Below, piece after piece: positions 34,332-48,600 of a stretch of DNA of 64,000 nt. Under the pieces are notes generated by a model, which saw only the letters and a list, made by a program, of their open reading frames with translations, had not been told where the DNA came from and ran no database searches. The DNA lies in contig NC_088295.1 in the NCBI RefSeq assembly GCF_032854445.1, forward strand, positions 28,756,498 to 28,820,497, in the 5' to 3' direction. This DNA is from Liolophura sinensis. Taxonomy: Eukaryota. Both the position numbers and the translations under genes were made by a program. Numbering within the stretch: position 1 is the first letter of the stretch; the number at the start of each line of letters is the position of its first letter.

Positions 34332-35324
34332 ACATTTTTTTTTTGTCGTTACCATAGCCATATAAATAGGTCATGTTTTGTGCTTGATATATGTGCTGTC
34401 ATAGATTATGAAGGCGTCAGAAGAAATCAGTTAGTAATCAATGACAACCTTGTATTACGCTTGAACTGCAGGCACACATGTTAGTGCTAGATATCATGCT
34501 ATGATATAACATATACATGTATTGCTATGATACTTCAACTGCAGGTATACTTTGGATTGTAGTTACCTGTATATTTCTGACATGTTGTTTTTAGAACAGA
34601 GCTCGTGCTCTAGGGGCTAGGGTTATGTCCTACGCAATGTTTTATGCACAGACCAAGAAAACCCCAACAAAAAATGAGAATGCTCCATGCATCTGTAAGG
34701 TGGTGGGGGTTTTTTTTGTCTGTTATTCAGAGGAACTGTTATACTGCTCATCTCTGATTGGCTGGTCATGGATCAGCCATTGTAGTTGTCTGTACTGTGT
34801 GCTCGCCTCTTGTATATGATTGGTGTACACATACAGTGCCACGTAATACATACAGCAAACAGTGTTTTGATTGTTGTATGATGTAGCTACATGGATGTAA
34901 AGCATGAAATCAATCAAGAGATGTCTATTTAAATTTATTCAAGAACTGTATAAAGGGACAAAGGAATGTAAAATCCTTCTGCCTTTATAACTCCCATTGA
35001 GCACATCGGTGTCCAATCTTATGCTCCTCCTGGATGGGGTTAGCATGTATTAAATGAGTTGATTCAGCAGCATTTCCAGCTGAGTCTCACATATCACCCA
35101 CTGAGGGAGTGCGAGAGTATTATTGATCACAGTTCTCTGAAGTTTGGTTCTTTATTGTATTTTCAGCAATATTACTTCTTTGCTAAGATCCAGGGAGAAT
35201 ATTAAAATGAAGCCATTGATTCGTCTGTAATGAGTACTTATTTTGTTGAATTGTGGGAGATAGGAGATGGGAATGGGGTGGGGGAAAAACCAGAAGTGCT
35301 GGTGGTGGAAGATTTATACTGTAA

Positions 35325-35560
35325 CTCTTCAATCGCCACTGCAACCAATATTTTGAAACATTCTGAAACAAGTGTGATAAATTAGAGAAATAACTTAAAC
35401 AGTTGGTGAACCTGGCATGACACAAACAAATCATTTTTGCATCACTTTCATAATAATTGTATGCATATATTCCACTGAAAAAAGCGCTTTAGTGGTTGAA
35501 CAGGTTGAAGATTTACAGTATATACCCAAACAAGAAATGATGGACAAAATGAGTTGGTGC
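35325..35560 (+). repeat. Dispersed repeat family B, copy 1 (unclassified interspersed element, at least 230 bp)
   Basis: The shared core is ctgcaaccaatRttttgaaaYattct...caaatcatttt.gcatcaNtttcataataattgtatgcataNattccactgaaaaaag...acagtat, also seen at 42090-42320 and 60990-61160. The antisense ORFs share the peptide MHTIIMK. Confidence 0.65.
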
Positions 35561-38500
35561 AAAATGTGCAACAAGGTAAACAATGTACTGACAACATTCA
35601 GTGTAGTATACAGTTTGCACTGGACATCATCGTATTGTATTGGAACTACCATGGGTGATAGAATTTCTCTCAGGTAAGTAATGTTTTTGTCCTTGATCAT
35701 TTACACACCAAATATACATCAGATCTGCCCTGTCTATATCCTTATGGATTGTATTTCTCCATTCATATCATTCTTGGAGGAAGAAAGTAACTGCAGTGTT
35801 TCATAGGGCATGAACTAGACATTAGCCACTATTACTGCAATCTTCCATCTGTTACGTTTATGCGTTTTGTCTCTTGCAAAAATGTATGCCAGTGTATAGT
35901 GTATTTTCAAAAGACACACACTTGTTTAGTTCTGTATGTTAGATGAAAAGTATCTTCTTACCCTTGTGATCTTCAGCATGCATACAAACGTACATCTGAT
36001 AAGGGGAGGCAACCAGTGTTGGGCTTCTTGGGGGATATTTGTGTTGTACAGTTAAGCATTGTCCAGAAACATTACATACTGCAGGATCCCTTCTTGTATT
36101 CCGTCTCAGCCTTACTGACATTTGAAGGTCATACACTCACTGCCTGATGTAGATGTAATTATACCATCTTGGATGTTAAATGCCAGATATGACTTACATG
36201 ATATGGTTTTAGTGGATGCTTGATATCAAGCCTTCCTATGAGATGTGTCAAAACGTTGCTGAACTAACACCCTCCTCAAGGGCCTCTCATTTAAAAGGAA
36301 GGCAGAAGCATCACGCTTAATTGATGTCTCTGTCTTCTATCATTAAATCACCTATCAGTCTCTCCATCTTTCCCCATCCATGTATTCTATGGTCGAAAAT
36401 TGTCCTCTCTGTGAGGGAGCCAATTCATACACTATTGATAGAAAAGGATATTTTTTTTCATATGAGCCGATCTTAAATTGATGGAGCTATTTTTTCTCTC
36501 TCTACAAAGCAGAATAAATTATTTACTTTGTGCTGGCTGTGCAATCTGACACGAATGCAGTAGCGTGGCTCTCGACCCTAGGCATGTGCCCCATTGTGAA
36601 TCCTGCGTGGAAAAACTTGATCAATGATACGCTTGTATAAAGTGATCACATCAGAGCTAGTTGACACCCCTCAGTAATAATATCCTTCTTTTTTTTGGTG
36701 CTTTGTTCTATTTTGCTGTTAAATCGCTCCCCATTTTGTAATTACAAATAGTCGACCTTAGTTTAACAAATGGTGGCTTGGTTATTATTATTGGACGATG
36801 TCTTTATCCGAAGATAGAATCTGGATGTTGGCTTGCACCCTGACCTGGTTCTGGACAGATGTATAATTGATATAGGCATGTCTGCAATCAGTAAAACAAA
36901 AACCTAATGGCTTTTTGGATAAATTGCTTTATATGACTTTTTGGGTAGGGTTGTGGATGAACAGACTTTCACTTGGCAAAATAAGTTTTTCTAGTTCAGT
37001 TTTTTTGAAGTAGTTGGAAATTTTTTTACATTCTGACTTAACACTTTTTGTTTGTTCTTGAATAAAACAGAAGAGTAAGATTTAGTTTTATATCCACCAA
37101 AAGTTTGGTGAATAAATTATCTACTGACATTGGGAAAAACATTTCAATTCCAAGAGCCAGACTAAACACACCTATCACTGAATTGAAGCTACAGTCATGA
37201 CTTGTTATTGGATTTTACACATCTTGACAGCATTTAGCTGTGTTTTTCTTGAAAGTTAAAAGTACATGTGGGTAGCCTGTATTTCTTGAGATAATAATAA
37301 TCCTCAGACTTTGAAATTGAATGAAGTTGCTAAGGGATATTGGGAATTTTACCACATTCTTGTTTTCAAAAACCTTTGTCTTCAGTTTGAAGTATGTCCT
37401 CTATTATAAATTTAAGGTGTACTTGGGGAATCCCCACACCATGAATATTAAACAGGCTCCACGCTGGATTAAACTGAACAAAGAATGCTTGCTTGTATAG
37501 ACAGTGGCATTGACAATCTGGACTAAATTCCCCACCACACCTACATGTACAGATGAAAACCCAGTGGCAGAAATGTTGTCCAACTGCATCTGTTAAGGTT
37601 GACTAGTGGGGATACTATAAAAATTGTATAGCTTTTGGACATTTTGGATAAATTGGTTGATCAGATGTTGTTGCTGTGTTGACGATTGACAACATGAGCA
37701 CTTCAAAACCCAATCACTTTCCCTTTACTGCCAGTCAGTACATGCACAAGGATATCTTGTTTCAGTGGTGTAATGTTTGCCAAAACACCTATCTGAAAAG
37801 CTTTTAATTCACTGTTGTTGAAATTTTTTTCATGCAGTTCTCTTGTCATTTTCTTTAAACTTTGAATTGGATCATTAGATGACCAATCCATACAATCGTC
37901 TGTGTGGCTTTTTGTGGCCTGAGGCATTTCGGCCATTTTATTGGCTCTGTGGTAACTTGGTCACCAAGATGTTTCAACAGCACATGGTACTAAGTTTTAA
38001 GAGTAAAGTGTGATAAGCCTGATATTATAATCGAGCATTACTGTCTGAATTTCAAAGTTTCTTTCTTCTTATATTCCTACTTATAGTCTTAAGTTTAAGG
38101 TGTGCCGTTGTCTTCAGTTTGAAGTGTGTCTTTGTCTTAATTTCAAAGTGCGCCTCAGTCGTAAGTTTAAAGTGTTCCCGTCTCAAGTTTTAAATGTGTT
38201 GAAGTATGTTTCCTCTTTACAGGGTGACTTTTGTCTCTATCGTATGACTTCACACTAAGCTGTGAATTGAGTAAGATTGGAAAACAAGCTCACTTTTACA
38301 GATTAAACCTTTCTTTTAATTTTCAAACATGACAACATTTCTGTTCATAGCTATTCTAAAAGCATTTTGTATTTCAAAAAACATTTTTGTAACAGTCGTC
38401 TGTCAGTTATTGATGTCAAATTCATGTTCAAGATTTTTTGTTTTTATCTCTTTGTTTTCCATTTGTGTCTAGAATGGTTGACATACATAATGTATATACA

Positions 38501-39695
38501 GTGGTTGACATGCATACTGTATATACAGTGGTTGACAGATTTCTGTTCAGAAGCTCTCAGGTAGGAACAGAAATTTCTGGATGTTAAAATTATCAAGGGT
38601 CATTGTGTTAATTTATGCACCTCAGGGGACTGGTTTCAGGAATATGAGTGGTACAGAGTTGTTATAACTGCCACCAGAGGGCTGAGTGCCTGACTCTGCC
38701 CTCTACCACAGATGCTGTTTCCTTGGAAATTGATTGGCAGCTTGTCCAAGACGATACTGTGCTGATGTGGGTGTCATGTTTTGGGGGCTGGCATCAATAT
38801 TTCCCCAGATCTAAGCATTTCCGGCTCTGGTTCTTATAAAAGCTTGGATAGACTTGATGGTAAGCCAACAGTCCTGCATTGGTCATGTGAAGAGACCTCT
38901 GAAATCTATAGTCTGTAAGCCTCACTTGAGCGATCCGCCATCAAGGAGGTGTATCCGGCATCGGAAACAAGTCAGTTTGAAGATCCAGGGCCATCTGACA
39001 TCTTATCGAATTGAATTGAAAGTTGGAGCGAAAATGAGGAAAAAATAGTTCGTACCCATTAAAGCCTGACCGGCATTCACTTTACCGTCTTCATAGGGTC
39101 CCCCTAGAAATGGGTTAAAGTGGAAACCCAACCTAGTGAATCTAATCAGTGCTAAATCCTCTTTCCCATCTATTATTGATACATGCCGTTGAAGAGGAGA
39201 TTCCCAGTCGTGTAGCACTTGGGGTAGGGCACATTCGTAAAGTGGTCAGCTAAGTGCTGGCAGCATGGAAAGCTGGCCAATCTGTCATAGTTTTCAAATG
39301 CGGTTGTCAAGGCAACATTCTGCCAAAATTCTACCTGTGCATTTTAAAGCATTGTGCAATATAAGGTAATCTGTGCCTTCCCTTTTCCGCTGTAGAAAGG
39401 GAGAATATTCCCACACAGCATATGTTATAAATCATTGAAATTGAAGTGACATAAGAAAACATGCTTCTCACATCAGACTGAGGTGAAAGTTACTTGTGAA
39501 TGTTCAGGCCTACACTGTTGGTCTGTAATTTCGTCTGCCGTCTCTCCAGATAACCTAGTATGTGAGAATATTTGCAAGGTAAAGAAATTTTTCATTGACT
39601 GGTAGTTATTGTAAACTAACTGAAGCCATGGGATATGTTTGGATCCAAATCTTTTGTATTTATCATTTATAGTACCATATTGTAAGAGTTATGAA

Positions 39696-39868
39696 ACCTA
39701 CTCCTGGTTACATGTAGGCAAATGACCATGGTAAGTAGCTGACTCCTGGTTACATGTAGGAAAATGAACATGGTAAGTAGCTGACTCCTGGTTACATGTA
39801 GGAAAATGAGCATGGTAAGTAGCTGACTCCTGGTTACATGTAGGTAAATGAGCATAGTAAGTAGCTGT
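39696..39868. repeat. Four tandem copies of a 42-bp unit (ctcctggttacatgtaggaaaatgagcatggtaagtagctga)
   Basis: Direct tandem repetition visible in the sequence. Confidence 0.85.
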
Positions 39869-41262
39869 CATTTTTATTTTTCAAGACATATATCGATCTT
39901 ATCTAGATGCATGTCAGATTGAGAAGACATGTAAGATGCAAATTGTAGTTGTTAAAGAGCTCCTAGTATGTGCAGATGTATAACTCTCAGCCTGGCTGAA
40001 AATGCACCCGATATCAGTGGTATGTTTTCCTTACCAGTCTTAAAATTTCCTGTAGCATGTTGGATTTACATGTAAATGTTCAGTGTGCATCAAGTACTTT
40101 TGATGAAATTGTTGTCAGTTGATAGCCTATTAATTGTATATGAATCCTAAGTATAATTCATTTGAGCACTAGTTCTGCTTAATATGAAATTAAAGCTTTG
40201 GAAACATGCAGGCTTTGACTTTTCATACTGTACATGACTCTGTCAATCTTGTAGGCTTTAGTGCTCCGATGTAGTGAGTGTACCAAATGCAGATATATAT
40301 GTGCATGAAATACAAACCCAGCAGGAACATTTTCAAACAGTGACATTTCATCAGCCTTTTCTAGTTAGTGTTTCTATAAATACAAATTGTACCGAGTATT
40401 ATATAAGATGTTGCCAAGATAAACAGTACAGGCTGTGATGCTACATGAGTAATATGACCATCACACACAAGCATGGAGTGAGTTTACCTCGCCAAACCTG
40501 TATATATATACATGGGTAGTTCCCGTCTAATGTTATTATGGGTGTGGTGTGTTATTTATACTGCATGTGTACATGTAATTTAATAGAATGATATTATGTG
40601 ATGAAGTGCTTAACACATGATACGTACTTCAGCAAATTCTGTACAGATAGGTTAAAAAATTGTACTGTATCCAGGATGGCATAAAAATATCTAGCTGTCT
40701 TAATACAAATGAGGCTGGTACATGGTATGTTTTTCTGGGGGCTTCTGAAGAGTTTGTGGTTTGCTGACAAAAAATTCATTCTCATTATAGTATTAAGTTC
40801 GGCAAGTACATGGCAAGCAAGACTTTTACATTGTACTGTATATTTTCCAACGTTAATTTCCTTACAATAGAGAACCACAGAGACTAAAACATTTTGTTGG
40901 CTACAACTATGGGACTCAGATATGTACTGTATGCAAACCTTCGAAATTGTCATATAATTTAGTTTATTTTATAGCGAACTGTGAGACAGGATTACAGGCA
41001 TGTTGCCTATAAGTACATGTTTATATAAGTGTAGAGTTTTATTTTTATACATTCAGATCTACAGATGAAAGTTTGAATCAGAATAATTGAAGCCTCGGTT
41101 CTGCAGGAACTTCTGCGTGTTTAATTGAAGTCATCCACTATGGGAAATGTTTTAGATGTTGTAGACAGACTGACAATTATTGTGAACTCTAGTAGACATT
41201 ATTGCATTATTTTCAAACTGTGTTGCTGCGAAAGTTACAAGTGATAATGTTAACATTTGATA

Positions 41263-41385
41263 CACCCAAGGTTTGAAACATTGGCAACATGTATTAAGGT
41301 TGTTGACAAATTTGCAACATTTAAAGTTGTTGACAAGTTTGCAACATGTAAGATTGTTGACAAATTTTGCAACAAGAAAAAAGAA
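41263..41385. repeat. About 3 or 4 tandem copies of a roughly 30-bp unit (ttgcaacatNtaaNgttgttgacaaRt)
   Basis: Direct tandem repetition. It generates the spurious ORFs at 41152-41513. Confidence 0.7.
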
Positions 41386-42089
41386 GGGATTTTGCAATGT
41401 GTATTTAGTGGTTGATGACATAATTTAATGTAATATGCAGGCAATATTAATATAAACCTAATGAGTTCAAATGCTGGTATAATAACACATAAAAAAAAAG
41501 CATTACCTTGCACAGGAGTGTTTAACTAAGAACCTATAAGATAGGCAGAAGTGTATGGACGTTTTCAAAATGATTTAATGGATTTAAATTTTTATATTGA
41601 TCAAAATTCTGTTTATCAGTCATGGCAATGGGTTCACAATGCCTGTTCACCGGGATCAGGATGGGGCAGGGTATAGTGGCGGGCTAAGTGGTTGAGGCAA
41701 CAGCTGGCAGGGTTACCAACACTACCCTGACTTGTCAATGGCTATGCTTTTCACCCAATTATTTGATTTCTCTGGCTTTGCTGCTATTGACTTTTTATTG
41801 CCTCGCCATTAGTTCTGTAAGTTGTTCTATGTAAAGTTCAGACTTGGCTGGCGGCTTAAGATTGAATTTGGGCCTGTTGGATAAGCATGGTTGAGCACCG
41901 AAGTGTAGGGACGAGGCAAAGTGAATGAGGGATTCAGTTAGCGGTGAGATGTCTGGACAGATCACATTGAAACATCCTTGTCCTTGGCTCTAAGTAGATC
42001 TGTATTTCCTAAAACTCTTGTGTTATTTAAGGTGATAGTCACAGTACACTGGAGTTGTCTGTTATTACTGATCCTTCAGTGCTTACCTT

Positions 42090-42320
42090 AATTCTTCAAC
42101 ATTTCATCCATCTCTGCAACCAATGTTTTGAAATATTCTAAGAGAACTATGGGGTGTAGAGAAATAATTTGCATGATTTTATGAAGCTTGGGTCTTTAAT
42201 AGCACAAACAGATCACTTTTAGCATTGTTTTCATAATAATTGTATGCATAAATTCCACTGAAAAAAGTTGAAAAGATTGAACATTTACAGTATCTTGGGT
42301 ATAGAATGGATACATGACCA
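42090..42320 (+). repeat. Dispersed repeat family B, copy 2
   Basis: See 35325-35560. Confidence 0.65.
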
Positions 42321-42877
42321 CTTCACGTATATGGCAGCAGATACTTGCACATTTGTGACAAATAACTTTTAATACAATACAGCTGTATGGAATAAATACC
42401 AACTTGATAGCTCCATGACTATGTTAAAATACATCACAGATCTTTGTCATTTCATCACATACCAAATTCAAGTTTGGAGAATTTTCAGAAAGGATAGGGA
42501 AATCTTTACATTCTGTGTCAACACACATACAGAGTGATACCTAGAATGCGATATACGCTTGAATAGCCTTGCATAGTTTTCCTGTTGATGAGTTTGATGG
42601 AAGGAAAATTAAACTGTTCAAGGATCTCAAAACATGCATTTCTAAGGATGTACACTGTATGTGTATGCAAGATGTTGCATTATATGAAAAGCACACATAA
42701 ACTGATACCTGTATGTGAGGAAAGTATTCTGAAGTCGTTTTTTCATTTACATGAATAAGAAGGTGCGGAATTTGTGGTGATTGTGGCATTGCTGTAATGA
42801 CACTTTCCATTGTGCTTACACATTTTGAGCTGCCACATTTTATCAAGCTGTTTATGCTGTATAGCCACATTATATTG

Positions 42878-43225
42878 TGTTTCCCCATTATCAGCATTTT
42901 CTGTTTTCATTGTGTTGCCCATTGTCAGCATTTTCTCTTTTCATTGTGTTGCCCATTATCAGCATTTTCTCTTTTCATTGTGTTATTCTGTTGCCCATTA
43001 CCAACATTTTCTCTTTTCATTGTGTTGCCCATTATCAGCATTGCCACATTTCATAATGTTGCACATCATCAACATTGTCTCTTTTCATTGTGCTGTCCAT
43101 TATCAACATTGCTACTTCCATTGTGTTGCCCATTGCATGCCACTTTTCATTGTGTGGTCCATTATAGCTACCAGCATTGTCACTTTTCATCGTGTTGCCC
43201 ATTATGATCATTACCGATTTTTTTG
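42878..43225. repeat. Degenerate tandem array of about 10 copies of a roughly 36-bp unit (cattgtgttgcccattatcagcattttctcttt)
   Basis: Diverged units with periodicity. It yields long artefactual Cys/His/Phe-rich ORFs at 42797-43250 in two frames. Confidence 0.8.
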
Positions 43226-43994
43226 TATGCCATTCCCGTGGAGAAGGTGAACATGGTAGATACTTGTCTTTACCTTAATAGTAATGCACTGAATACATGT
43301 ACCTGTTCTATATTTAGAGGATATAAAGAGAGATTATGATCTGCTGAGGCAAAAATCTATATGATTATTGATTTCTCAGTACCACTATCTGGCTGTTCAA
43401 AATTAAATTAGTTTGAACATGCACTTGCACCACTCTAGCAAATCGACTCTGATGTTTGGTAAATTAGATGTGCAGGTTGCATTTAAATGCACTGGGTTTC
43501 TGTCTGTCAAAAACTCTTACACCCTTGCTGTTGTCACATTAATGGCGTAGTTTCAATGGGATGCACTTAATTGTCCAACTTCAACCATGAAGTTGCCCTC
43601 TTGTAGCTTCTGCGAGCCAGTAAATGAGTACTGTAATTAACAGCTGACTGACCAATCGGAGGGCAGAGTTCTTGTTGGTAGCGCTACATATGATGGATTT
43701 CTTGGGACTGTAATTGCCCTTGATGCTGTGTGCCTGGTGCTTGGCAGACTGTCCTTCAGAGCGCGTATTGATCCCCCCCACTACGCTGCAGGTCCCACCA
43801 CAATCTGGTGACTACCGGTGTCTACAGGTCTAACATTAAAACTCGCCCACCCACTCCTTTAAGTGGCTCTGCATGGACTATCATATCCGTGACATCTTCA
43901 GGGTGCTGGCATCCAATTCCCTCCTCTCAGGTCTGTTCACTTATGTAGAAGTATATAATCGTGCTACAAACGGTCTTTGATTTCACATATACTG

Positions 43995-44100
43995 ATTCTG
44001 TTTATTTATTTATTTATTTATTTATTTATTTGATTGGTGTTTTACATTGTACTGAAGAATATTTCAATTATATGTGACGGGGCCAGCATTATGGTGCATG
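43995..44100 (-). mobile_element. SINE 3' fragment (minus orientation) with a (TTTA)8 tail
   Basis: The sequence is tttatttatttatttatttatttatttgattggtgttttacattgtactgaagaatatttcaattatatgtgacggggccagcattatggtgc. Confidence 0.6.
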
Positions 44101-45007
44101 GGGTATAGTCTGATTCTAGGTATATAAAAGCTGAATACAATATTAGCCAGTCCTATAAAGTGCAACATATACATGTATGTTGTATTAGCATACACTGAAT
44201 GCCAAATAAATGGCAAGAAATATATTTTTCATTCATAATTTATGCATTGAAAGTGGGAGCTAGAAGAAAAGGCTTGAAATTTTTGCTTGTGATATTAGGC
44301 CTGTCCGCTGTTTGTTAGTTATCTTTAGAGCCAAAATGGTTAACCATTAGTTATATGCAGCATGCATTCTTAACGTTGAATACAGTTTTTTTGTATCTCG
44401 TACGGATGTAAAGGGTCTCTGACAAGTGAACTTTTAACCTTAAATCATAGTTGATGACACTGTTACAATGTAGCTGGATTGATGACAATTCAGCTACAGC
44501 TTGCTTTTGCTACGGCTTTAAATTTCCGAAAATTTTCAGCAATGTATTGGTTTCAGATTGTCTCCTAAACCAAATAAACCACAGGCAAGGTAATATATGT
44601 TAAATTAACCTGAATGCATCTTATAATTACTCCGATGGAATGAAAAATATGAAATAAACAAAATCAATAAATGACATTGATTGTGAGTAGTCTCTGTATA
44701 TTGCCGGTGGCTATACTGTTACAAATGTGGAAAAGTAATGTGCATCCTTGAGCAGGAGGGCTTAATGTTATGCTTTGTTGACTGCTTTTGATTTGCTATA
44801 TAGAGAATGTTTGCATACTATCATGGATTGCAAAGGGCTGTATATCTCTGAGGGGTTTGTTTCATTTTGTATACCTTTTCCCTAGTGTTACTGCAGATTT
44901 TCCTGGGTAACTTTTATTTTATTAGGTTTTCATACGATTATTTATTAAGTATGTGAATTAGTTACTGTTCAGAATAATTTAATATTTTAATGGTTGTATT
45001 TATTTGT

Positions 45008-45203
45008 GCTGTGAGATCAAGTCCAGCTCATACTGGCTTCCTCTCTGGCCATGCGTGGGAAGGGCCGCTAACAATCTGTGGATGGTTGTGGGTTTCCCCT
45101 GGGCACTGTCCGATTTCCCCTCACCATAATGCTGGCTGCCTTTGTATAAGTGAAATATTCTTGAGTGCGGCGTAAAACACCAATCAAATAGATAAATAAA
45201 TTT
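45008..45203 (+). mobile_element. SINE, 5'-truncated copy (plus orientation)
   Basis: The sequence is gctgtgagatcaagtccagctcatactggcttcctctctggcc...cataatgctggctgcctttgtataagtgaaatattcttgagtgcggcgtaaaacaccaatcaaatagataaataaat. Confidence 0.8.
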
Positions 45204-45431
45204 ATTTGTGTATAGTATTGGCTTCTTAATATTCAGAATAACATTTGTTGCTTTGTAGATTGACCAGAGACCTTGTACAAGTGGTTGTATGTGCCTCGGT
45301 TCTTTCCTGTTGCACAAGAAAGGAAGGCCAAGACTACTTGGATTACATTTTTCTCCAAACTGCCATTGCTGTGAACAGCAAGATGTAATTGCAAAGATGA
45401 CTGCCAAAGGTAGGAATTAATGTACATATAT

Positions 45432-45690
45432 TTGATTTATTTATTTATTTGATTGTGGTTTACGCTGTACTCACGAATATTTCACTTATATGACAGCGAC
45501 CAGTTTTATAGTGGGTGGAAACCGGCCAGAGCCAGGGGTGACCCACTACCATCCGCAGGTTACTGACAGACCTTCCCACGTACGGCTGGAGAGGAAGCCA
45601 GTGTGAGCTGGACTTGAACTCATAGCGACCACATTGGTGAGAGGCTTCTGGGTCACTTTGGTGCGCTAGCGTGCTAACCGACTGAGTACA
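45432..45690 (-). mobile_element. SINE, full-length copy in minus orientation. With the 45008-45203 copy it forms an inverted pair about 230 bp apart.
   Basis: The reverse complement reads ctgtactcagtcggttagcacgctagcgcacc...gaagcctctcaccaatgtggtcgctatgagttcaagtccagctcacactgg...tataagtgaaatattcgtgagtacagcgtaaaccacaatcaaataaataaataaatc. Confidence 0.8.
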
Positions 45691-48600
45691 GATATTTGAC
45701 ATGTGAACATAAGGAAATGTGCATGTACATGTATCTTTCTGTAAATCATGTAAAATCGATTGTGGGATGTTTGTGAAAGATAAGTCTTGAAATAGTTGTC
45801 TTTAAACAGTCATCTAGTGCAATGTGTGAAATAATTCTCTTTTTGGGTGACTGATTTTATTGGTGTGCTTTCTGTCTAATGCTATTGGTTTGTATTCTGA
45901 CCAATCGAATCATAGGTTGGAATTTGGTCACTATGGTAATGGCTGATAATGTACACTGGGATCAAATCACACATCAGACTTGTCAGAAAATGGCCCTTTT
46001 CTTTGTTCATTAGTCAGTGGCTATGAGAATATGAGTGACCAAGAGTGGATAGAACATCGGCCAGAGCGTCTTGCCAGCGTGTCCTGAAAGCTCTTCTCCG
46101 GACAGTCTCATGAAATATACATGAGCTTTCATTACTTGAACGCAGTTGTGTGATGCAGCATCATGCACACTTTGGTTTCTAATTTGCATATTTAAGCAGA
46201 AATGGACTTTAGATTTCTTACTCTAAATTACACATATTTTAAGAATTTCTAGGGAAAGTGTGGAACTTTCTTGTGATTGTGAACTTGAGTTCAATTCCTG
46301 AAGTAAGTGGTTTGCATCTCAGTTTTCTGTGGAAGTGAAGAGGAATTATTAAGGGATGATATTTTTTCTGTACTTGAAGAACAATATCAGTTATTGTTTA
46401 CTTTTGATGCAGAACATAACATACATGAATTTTTTGTGGTGAACATATGTTTTTGATTCATGTATGCAAAATAAAATTGATTATGTCCGTCTGTATAATA
46501 CAGCGCAATTTCTTTCATGAGATTAGTATTTTTGGTTGAAATTGCTCAATCTGGACTGCACTTGAATTCTGCTGAGTTTGATGTAGCACAGTGCACATTC
46601 TTCAAAGTGTTTAGGTTCTGCACTGAAGGAGTATTGCTTCCAGGTACATAGGTAGTGCAATCAAATCATTTATGCATCATTTACTTACATTTCTTCATTC
46701 CGTATCAAATTAAGAAAATGAAGGTTGTCTAGGTTGTACTACCAGAGGCAAGTCTCTTAACCAGGCAATTTAAGGGAAGCTTCTGTCAATCCTGTCAGGA
46801 GGAAAAAGCTTCAAGGCCGTGTGGGTTCCATGGCTGTCGACATTGACGGACTGGACGCTGATTGATCCTCGTACAAGCAGATGACTTGCCCAGCAGAATC
46901 CTCAAGTACATAGTACACCATCATTATACCACGATCCTCGAGTTTTTCTCTCCCAAGTTGAATTATACCTCTCTTAACAAAGACCTTGGTATGAGAAGAG
47001 TGTGTGAAAATCCGAACCCGGGTTTCCCTCACTGCCATCTTCAAATACTGGAGCACTTGAAATGTTGTCGAACCCTGTGGAGCTTTGTGCTACATATGCC
47101 TTACACTGTGAATAGCCTGGTCCTTGTTGTTAGGTTTGAGTGTGGTACTATGGCTGTACGCTCTGTGACAAGACAAATGAATTTTATTTCTCCACTTTTT
47201 CCTTCCTGTTAAGTAAAGTTTGTACTTGTGGCCCTTCATACACATGTAACTGAAATACTGTGTACATGTATGTATGTTGTGTAGAGAATAAGTGCTGCAT
47301 ATTCTTTGACAAGATGATTGGAATGTTCTTGCATGTTTTTTTCATCTGTTTCATCTTCGTCCGTTTTTACCTGTCCCATGAGGTTTTCACACTTAAGCAG
47401 TTCTAAACATGCAGATGGAATCGTACATACTTGTGTACACCTGCATAGTATTTGAAATATATAGCAAGTTGAATTAGTAACACATTGTTTGCAATAATGT
47501 GCAAAAGAAATAGACTGATATGATTTTAGGAGTTAATAAGTAAGGCACTTTGGGTACCTGCCTCCTTAATGTGCTTTCAGAAAAGTTGCTCTTATCATGT
47601 TGTAAAAAGCCTTGAACAGGTATCTTGTTGTTGTTTTTTTGGTGCCAGGAAAACAAGAAGGAAAGAGGAAAAAATGAAATGGGAAAAAGGTTGTGGATAA
47701 ATTTAACCCATGATTTCTTTTGCTGGTGATTACATGTGTGAATGTAGCCTTGTAGTGTTTTGTACTGGAGTTACATGTATGCATGTCCATGGAGTGAAAT
47801 CTTGCCTTATTATGGGTGCAGCTTTGTCTGTGTATCTTAATTGTACAGGCTAGATCATGCTGTGTCCTGATGGTATATTCGATGTTCAGAGCGGATTTTG
47901 TACAAAGCCTTGAGTGCCTACTCTGCCGGCGTGTCGGCACCATGCCAAATCTGTGCGCTAGTGACGCCACTCCGTCCCTTGTAAATGGGCTGAGAATGGA
48001 CAGCAGAGAGTGGTGTAGTTCCCCATGTAATGTAATCATGACTTGATTTGGCTAAAATCTGCCCCATACAAGCCCTGATCTGTTATAAATGCATTTGGGT
48101 GTGCTAGCGGTCGTTGAGCAAAAAGCCACCTTGTTTTGGAGGTCTTGAGCCGATGGCCTGAAGTCACTCTGCACAAGGCGAGGAATCACCTCATTGGAAA
48201 TTTATGAGCTTTAGCAGTGTGCGGTGTATTCTCAGTGATTTACAGTTTACATTGCAAATGGAAATTGGCTGTGTTTATTTTGTAACCTACATCCTCAACT
48301 AGGAGGGCATCTTGTTGGTCTGATGATAGCTATAACCTAAAGTGCATCTGGTTTCCATAGGATATGCAAATATAACTCCATATGAATGGAAGTTCAGTAC
48401 TTGGCCTCATAACCTTATTAATGATAAGCTGGTGATGGAGACACTCTTTGGGATTGTTTGTAAAAACATTCAGGGGCTTGAACCATTAAGATTTAGTGAT
48501 GTCCTGTTTGTTATTGTATAATATGCAATTAGGGTATTTATGAAGCTGTTTTGTTAATGCCAATTTCAACACTGAGAGAATTCAGGGTTTAAGTAAATTA

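Noticed and set aside
42797-43250. Two overlapping plus-strand ORFs (136 and 146 aa) rich in Cys, His and Phe
   Set aside because: They are generated by the degenerate roughly 36-bp tandem array. Their repetitive translations show no coding-like structure.
45000-45407. A 135-aa minus-strand ORF
   Set aside because: It spans a SINE copy and its flank. The translation is repeat-derived.
47566-48039. The longest ORF in the distal half (157 aa, minus strand)
   Set aside because: It has no recognisable motifs and no splice-compatible context or flanking conservation. It is consistent with a chance ORF in non-coding DNA.
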